From positions 18,576 through 82,575 of the forward strand of contig MGSF01000045.1 in the NCBI GenBank assembly GCA_001798715.1: 64,000 nucleotides of DNA. Reading direction: 5' to 3'. The notes under the pieces were generated by a model that saw nothing but the letters and a program-made list of their open reading frames with translations, was not told where the DNA came from and searched no databases. Positions 60,461 to 64,000 of the stretch are shown piece by piece. How positions within the stretch are numbered: the stretch's first letter is position 1; each line of letters begins with the position of its first letter. The DNA comes from Deltaproteobacteria bacterium RIFCSPLOWO2_02_FULL_50_16 (GTDB lineage: Bacteria; UBA10199; 2-02-FULL-50-16). The position numbers and the translations under genes are program-made.

Positions 60461-62476
60461 ATGATGTCCGTCATAAGATTTTCATCACTCATCAATTCCG
60501 AATGGATCCTCACCAATGGTCTGGGGGGCTATGCCTTGGGCTTTGGAGACATGATCCCTAAGAGAAAATATAGCAGTTTACTCACGGCCTCCCTCGGGCA
60601 AAATCAACGTATCCATATCCTTTCGGCCATCGAGGAAAAGGTCGAAGGTGAAGGGACCTTCTTTTTTTTGGACTCGAATCACTATGCCCATTGTATCCAC
60701 CCGGATGGTTATCATAATATTGTCCGGTCATGGCTTAGACCCTACCCTTGTGTCTTGTACTCCCTTCCCGGTTGTAAGGATTATATTATCTTTAAAGAGA
60801 TTTTTCTTCTCAAGGGACACAATGCCGTGGTCGTCAAATATTCCAATCTCGGGCATAAGCCCCTGAGACTGACCTTGCGTCCCAAATTTACCCTCCGTGA
60901 CCATCACCATGTCAATCCGCCGGGGACATGGGATCGTCTCTCCCCCCTGCAGAAGGAGATCCGTGGTTCCTCTTTTCACTTGAAGAGGCCCGATAATGGC
61001 TATCAGGTATTTGGTTTTGCGGAGGGGGCCGAGATATATTCCTCAGACCTTATTTACAGGGGCGTCTACTATCCCCTTGAGGCCATTCGGGGTTATGAGG
61101 CCGTCGAGGACCAGGCAGTGCCTGTTACTTTGATATTTTCCTTGTCTCCTGAAACCAGTGCCTCTGTCATTTTTTCTACAGAATCTCTTGGAGATCCAAA
61201 AAAGAGCGCTATAGAAGGGGAAAAATTTTACAAACAACTTCCCCTTCCGGTGAACCATCCGGATCGTGTCCCTCGGGAGGTCCTCCTGGAGGGGACCCCT
61301 GAGGATTTGCGGCTCTTTGATGAAAAATCCTACAGGAAGATCCTGGAATTTGCCGCCCGTGATTTTATCCTGAATGATGAGGATATCATAGCGGGATATC
61401 CCTGGTTTGGGAGCTGGGGGCGCGATACCCTTATTTCTCTGAGTGCCTTCAAGTATCTCTCGGGAGGGGGGGAGTTGGCCCTTAAGATTCTTCACAAGTA
61501 CGGGTGTTGTCTCAAAGAAGGTCTGTTGCCCAATACCTTTGGCGAGGGAGGGATTGGATTAAATTACGACAGTATCGATGCCCCCCTCTGGTTTGTTGTG
61601 AGGGGCTATCAGTTTGCCCCGAGGGATGAGGAGCTCCTCGCGGCCTCCACCCAAATCATTCTCAATTATCTCTACGGAAAGAATCATCCCTTTGTGGTGG
61701 CCGAGGATGGATTGATTCAAATACATCCGGGGGATCATGCCCTGACCTGGATGGATGCCAAGGTCTATGGGGTCCCTGTGACACCACGGCACGGTAAGCC
61801 CATTGAGATCAATGCCTTGTGGTATAATGCCCTTTGTTCCCTGAGGGAGAGGATCAAGGGGGTGGGGGCGTGTGAAATGAAGACGGACTCCTTTTCGTGT
61901 TCGCTTGAAGTCTTAGAAGGTCTCATCAAAAAGGTTTCTCATTCCCTCCAAAAGTTTGTAGGGGATCGTTATCTTGCGGACCGGCTTGAAGAAGGGGATG
62001 TCCCCCTATGGGAGGTTCGGCCGAATAGTGTGATCGCCCTTTCCCTTCCCTTTGACTTTGTGGACAAGGCCGTCATGAAGCGTGTCTGGATGACGGCTCG
62101 TGAAGAACTCCTGGCGCCTCGAGGGCTCCGCAGCCTCCATCCGGCGCATCCGGCCTTCAAACAAAGGTATGTGGGTAACCCCCTGCAACGGGATCTGGCC
62201 TATCATCAAGGAACTGTTTGGACCTATCTCCTCTTGCCGTTGGCCCTCTTGACCTGGAAGGTGCTTCGTCATGAGAGGTCCATCCAAGATATCCACCGGG
62301 AGATTTCCGGGTATTTATGGGTCTTTCGGAACGGGTTCATGAAGGGAAATATGGCCTCTGTCGCTGAAATAGGGGATGGGGTCGGGGGGCCATCTCCCAA
62401 GGGATGTCCGGCGCAGGCCTGGAGCGTCTTTGCCCTGTTTGAGATAGAAAATTTTTTGGAAAGAGAGATGTCATGA
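60461..62476 (+). CDS. Glycogen debranching enzyme (amylo-alpha-1,6-glucosidase, GDE_C type)
   Basis: GYPWFGSWGRDTLISL motif typical of the amylo-alpha-1,6-glucosidase catalytic domain, 671 aa. Confidence 0.8.
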   Translation: MMSVIRFSSLINSEWILTNGLGGYALGFGDMIPKRKYSSLLTASLGQNQRIHILSAIEEKVEGEGTFFFLDSNHYAHCIHPDGYHNIVRSWLRPYPCVLYSLPGCKDYIIFKEIFLLKGHNAVVVKYSNLGHKPLRLTLRPKFTLRDHHHVNPPGTWDRLSPLQKEIRGSSFHLKRPDNGYQVFGFAEGAEIYSSDLIYRGVYYPLEAIRGYEAVEDQAVPVTLIFSLSPETSASVIFSTESLGDPKKSAIEGEKFYKQLPLPVNHPDRVPREVLLEGTPEDLRLFDEKSYRKILEFAARDFILNDEDIIAGYPWFGSWGRDTLISLSAFKYLSGGGELALKILHKYGCCLKEGLLPNTFGEGGIGLNYDSIDAPLWFVVRGYQFAPRDEELLAASTQIILNYLYGKNHPFVVAEDGLIQIHPGDHALTWMDAKVYGVPVTPRHGKPIEINALWYNALCSLRERIKGVGACEMKTDSFSCSLEVLEGLIKKVSHSLQKFVGDRYLADRLEEGDVPLWEVRPNSVIALSLPFDFVDKAVMKRVWMTAREELLAPRGLRSLHPAHPAFKQRYVGNPLQRDLAYHQGTVWTYLLLPLALLTWKVLRHERSIQDIHREISGYLWVFRNGFMKGNMASVAEIGDGVGGPSPKGCPAQAWSVFALFEIENFLEREMS

Positions 62477-63786
62477 AAGTTCTTCTCCTGACATGGGAGT
62501 TTCCTCCCTTTATTTCAGGTGGTATGGGGATGGCGTGTTATGGCCTCATCAAGGCGCTCCTCTCCATGGGTGTGGAGGTCGATCTTGTTCTTCCGACGAC
62601 AGAAGATGTTTATTTTCCATTGAGAAGTGTTGGCGATACCGAGACGCTTCCGATGGATTATCTGGACCCGACACAAAAAAACAAACCACTTCCCTCCCGT
62701 GAGCTGGCCTTGGTTGAGAGATTGAGGCTCGTGGGCCTTCCTGTTTTTCCCGACTCCTATGCCACCCCGGCCTTGAGACAGGGTTTTGATAAAACCATGG
62801 AAGAGGTGATCCGCTCCCTGCAGAGGGGATTGGCGCGAGATCTGGATTCTGTCCGACTCTCCTTGGAGAGCGGGGGAGAAATCTTCAAAAAGTCTCAGGT
62901 CTTTGCCGGTCGTCTCGCCCAATATGCAAGACGTCTGCAGTGTGATGTGATTCATGTGCATGATTGGCTGACCTATCCTGCAGGGATCCTGCTCAAGGTT
63001 TTGATGGGGAGGCCTCTCGTGGCCCATATGCATGCCACAGAATTTGATCGGGCCGGCGGCGTCGGGGATGAAAGGATTCACCATATTGAGTATGCCGGCC
63101 TGACGGCTGCGGACCGGGTGATAGCCGTCTCTCAATATACGGCCCAGATGATCATTGATCGCTATCGTACGGATCCCGGAAAGATCAGGGTGGTTCATAA
63201 TGCCTTTTCGATTTCGAAAATGTCTGAAAAAAAACAAAGGATCTTCAAGGAACCCCTCGTTCTTTTTCTCGGCCGCATCACCCTTCAGAAAGGACCCGAC
63301 TATTTTGTTGAGGTGGCCAAGCGTGTCTTGGCCCATCGATCGGATGTGCGCTTTGTCGTGGCCGGGAGCGGGGACATGTTTTCTAAGATTATAAAAGGGA
63401 CGGCGGCAAGGCGTCTTAAAGACAGGGTTCTTTTTACCGGATTTCTCAATCGGGATCAGGTAGAGGAAATCCTGACTTCAACGGATATTTTTGTGCTTCC
63501 TTCCGTCTCAGAACCCTTTGGGATTGTCCCCCTTGAGGCCATGGCCTATGGGGCGGTGGCCATCATATCAAAGCAGTCCGGTGTTTCAGAGGTCATCCAT
63601 AATGCCTATCGTGTTGATTTTTGGGATATCGAAAAAACGGCGGAGATTATCCTGGATCTCCTGAAAGACCCAAAGAAGAGGAAAGAGATGGCGCGTTTGG
63701 GACAGGAAGAGGTTATGAAAATCGAATGGGACCAAGCGGCAAAAAAGATGATTCAGGTTTATCAACAACTCACATGCTCCACATAG
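62473..63786 (+). CDS. GT4-family (GT-B) glycosyltransferase, glycogen-synthase-like
   Basis: MKVLLLTWEFPPFISGGMGMACYGL N-terminus. C-terminal E..E region FVLPSVSEPFGIVPLEAMAYG. Confidence 0.8.
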   Translation: MKVLLLTWEFPPFISGGMGMACYGLIKALLSMGVEVDLVLPTTEDVYFPLRSVGDTETLPMDYLDPTQKNKPLPSRELALVERLRLVGLPVFPDSYATPALRQGFDKTMEEVIRSLQRGLARDLDSVRLSLESGGEIFKKSQVFAGRLAQYARRLQCDVIHVHDWLTYPAGILLKVLMGRPLVAHMHATEFDRAGGVGDERIHHIEYAGLTAADRVIAVSQYTAQMIIDRYRTDPGKIRVVHNAFSISKMSEKKQRIFKEPLVLFLGRITLQKGPDYFVEVAKRVLAHRSDVRFVVAGSGDMFSKIIKGTAARRLKDRVLFTGFLNRDQVEEILTSTDIFVLPSVSEPFGIVPLEAMAYGAVAIISKQSGVSEVIHNAYRVDFWDIEKTAEIILDLLKDPKKRKEMARLGQEEVMKIEWDQAAKKMIQVYQQLTCST

Positions 63787-64000
63787 TCTTTTATTTTCAG
63801 GTCCACCAACCCTATCGACTGAGACCTTACTCGGTCCTCGATATCGGTCAGAATCTCAATTTTTTTGATGAAGATCTCAACAGGGCTGTCATCAGGAAGG
63901 TGGGGGAAAAATGCTATCTCCCTGCCAATCAATTGATCAAGGAGCTGATCGAGAGGTACGAAGGGGCTTTTAAAGTGGCTTATTCGATCACAGGGGTGGT
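63774..64000 (+). CDS. GH57-family glycoside hydrolase, N-terminal fragment (runs off the window end)
   Basis: MLHIVFYFQVHQPYRLRPY is a GH57 N-terminal HQP motif. 13-nt overlap with the GT4 gene. Confidence 0.55.
   Translation, partial: MLHIVFYFQVHQPYRLRPYSVLDIGQNLNFFDEDLNRAVIRKVGEKCYLPANQLIKELIERYEGAFKVAYSITGV

Overview
This 64 kb window is almost entirely a conserved bacterial housekeeping backbone on the + strand. About 45 kb of that backbone is a run of + strand operons: nadE'-rsmI, rimP-nusA-infB-DUF503-rbfA-nrnA-truB-rpsO-pnp, mreBCD-mrdA-rodA, hemX/ccsA-like-hemA-cdd, tRNA-Val-thrS-infC-rpmI-rplT-pheST-ihfA-merR-tRNA-Pro, surE-pcm-nlpD-apt, ihfB-dprA-topA-(PQQ protein)-trmFO-xerC-hslVU-argBDFG-(class V aminotransferase)-serA-purA. 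A minus-strand operon (SurA-like-cca-TPR-coaE) and a minus-strand trxA sit within it.

The organism is Gram-negative-like (IHF alpha and beta, surE-pcm-nlpD, LysM/M23 lipoprotein). Its dprA-topA-trmFO-xerC-hslV(CodW-like)-hslU order resembles Firmicutes and Deltaproteobacteria/Desulfobacterota. Base composition is low-to-moderate GC, with conspicuous GC-rich palindromic islands in several intergenic regions.

I do not see a recognisable multi-gene defence or mobile system (no CRISPR, no integrase-bounded island, no toxin-antitoxin pair that I can support). The parts worth a second look are RNA- and DNA-level elements:
- a tandem tRNA-Arg locus with covarying leader hairpins that sequester the tRNA 5' end, plus a duplicated ~85 nt structured trailer next to a tRNA 3' fragment;
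- a 150-bp GC-rich element with terminal inverted repeats inserted between rpmI and rplT;
- a 200-bp GC-rich structured region immediately upstream of tRNA-Pro;
- a family of REP-like palindromes sharing an 18-mer;
- a 140-bp MITE-like palindrome bounded by CTAG;
- a ThrRS without its TGS domain;
- an accessory-looking block at 52.5-57 kb (PilZ protein, secreted DUF4177-like protein, fused SpmA/SpmB membrane protein, GT2, C-N hydrolase);
- a glycogen-type cluster (debranching enzyme, GT4, GH57) at the 3' end.

All calls rest on reading the translated ORFs and the raw sequence. I ran no database searches.
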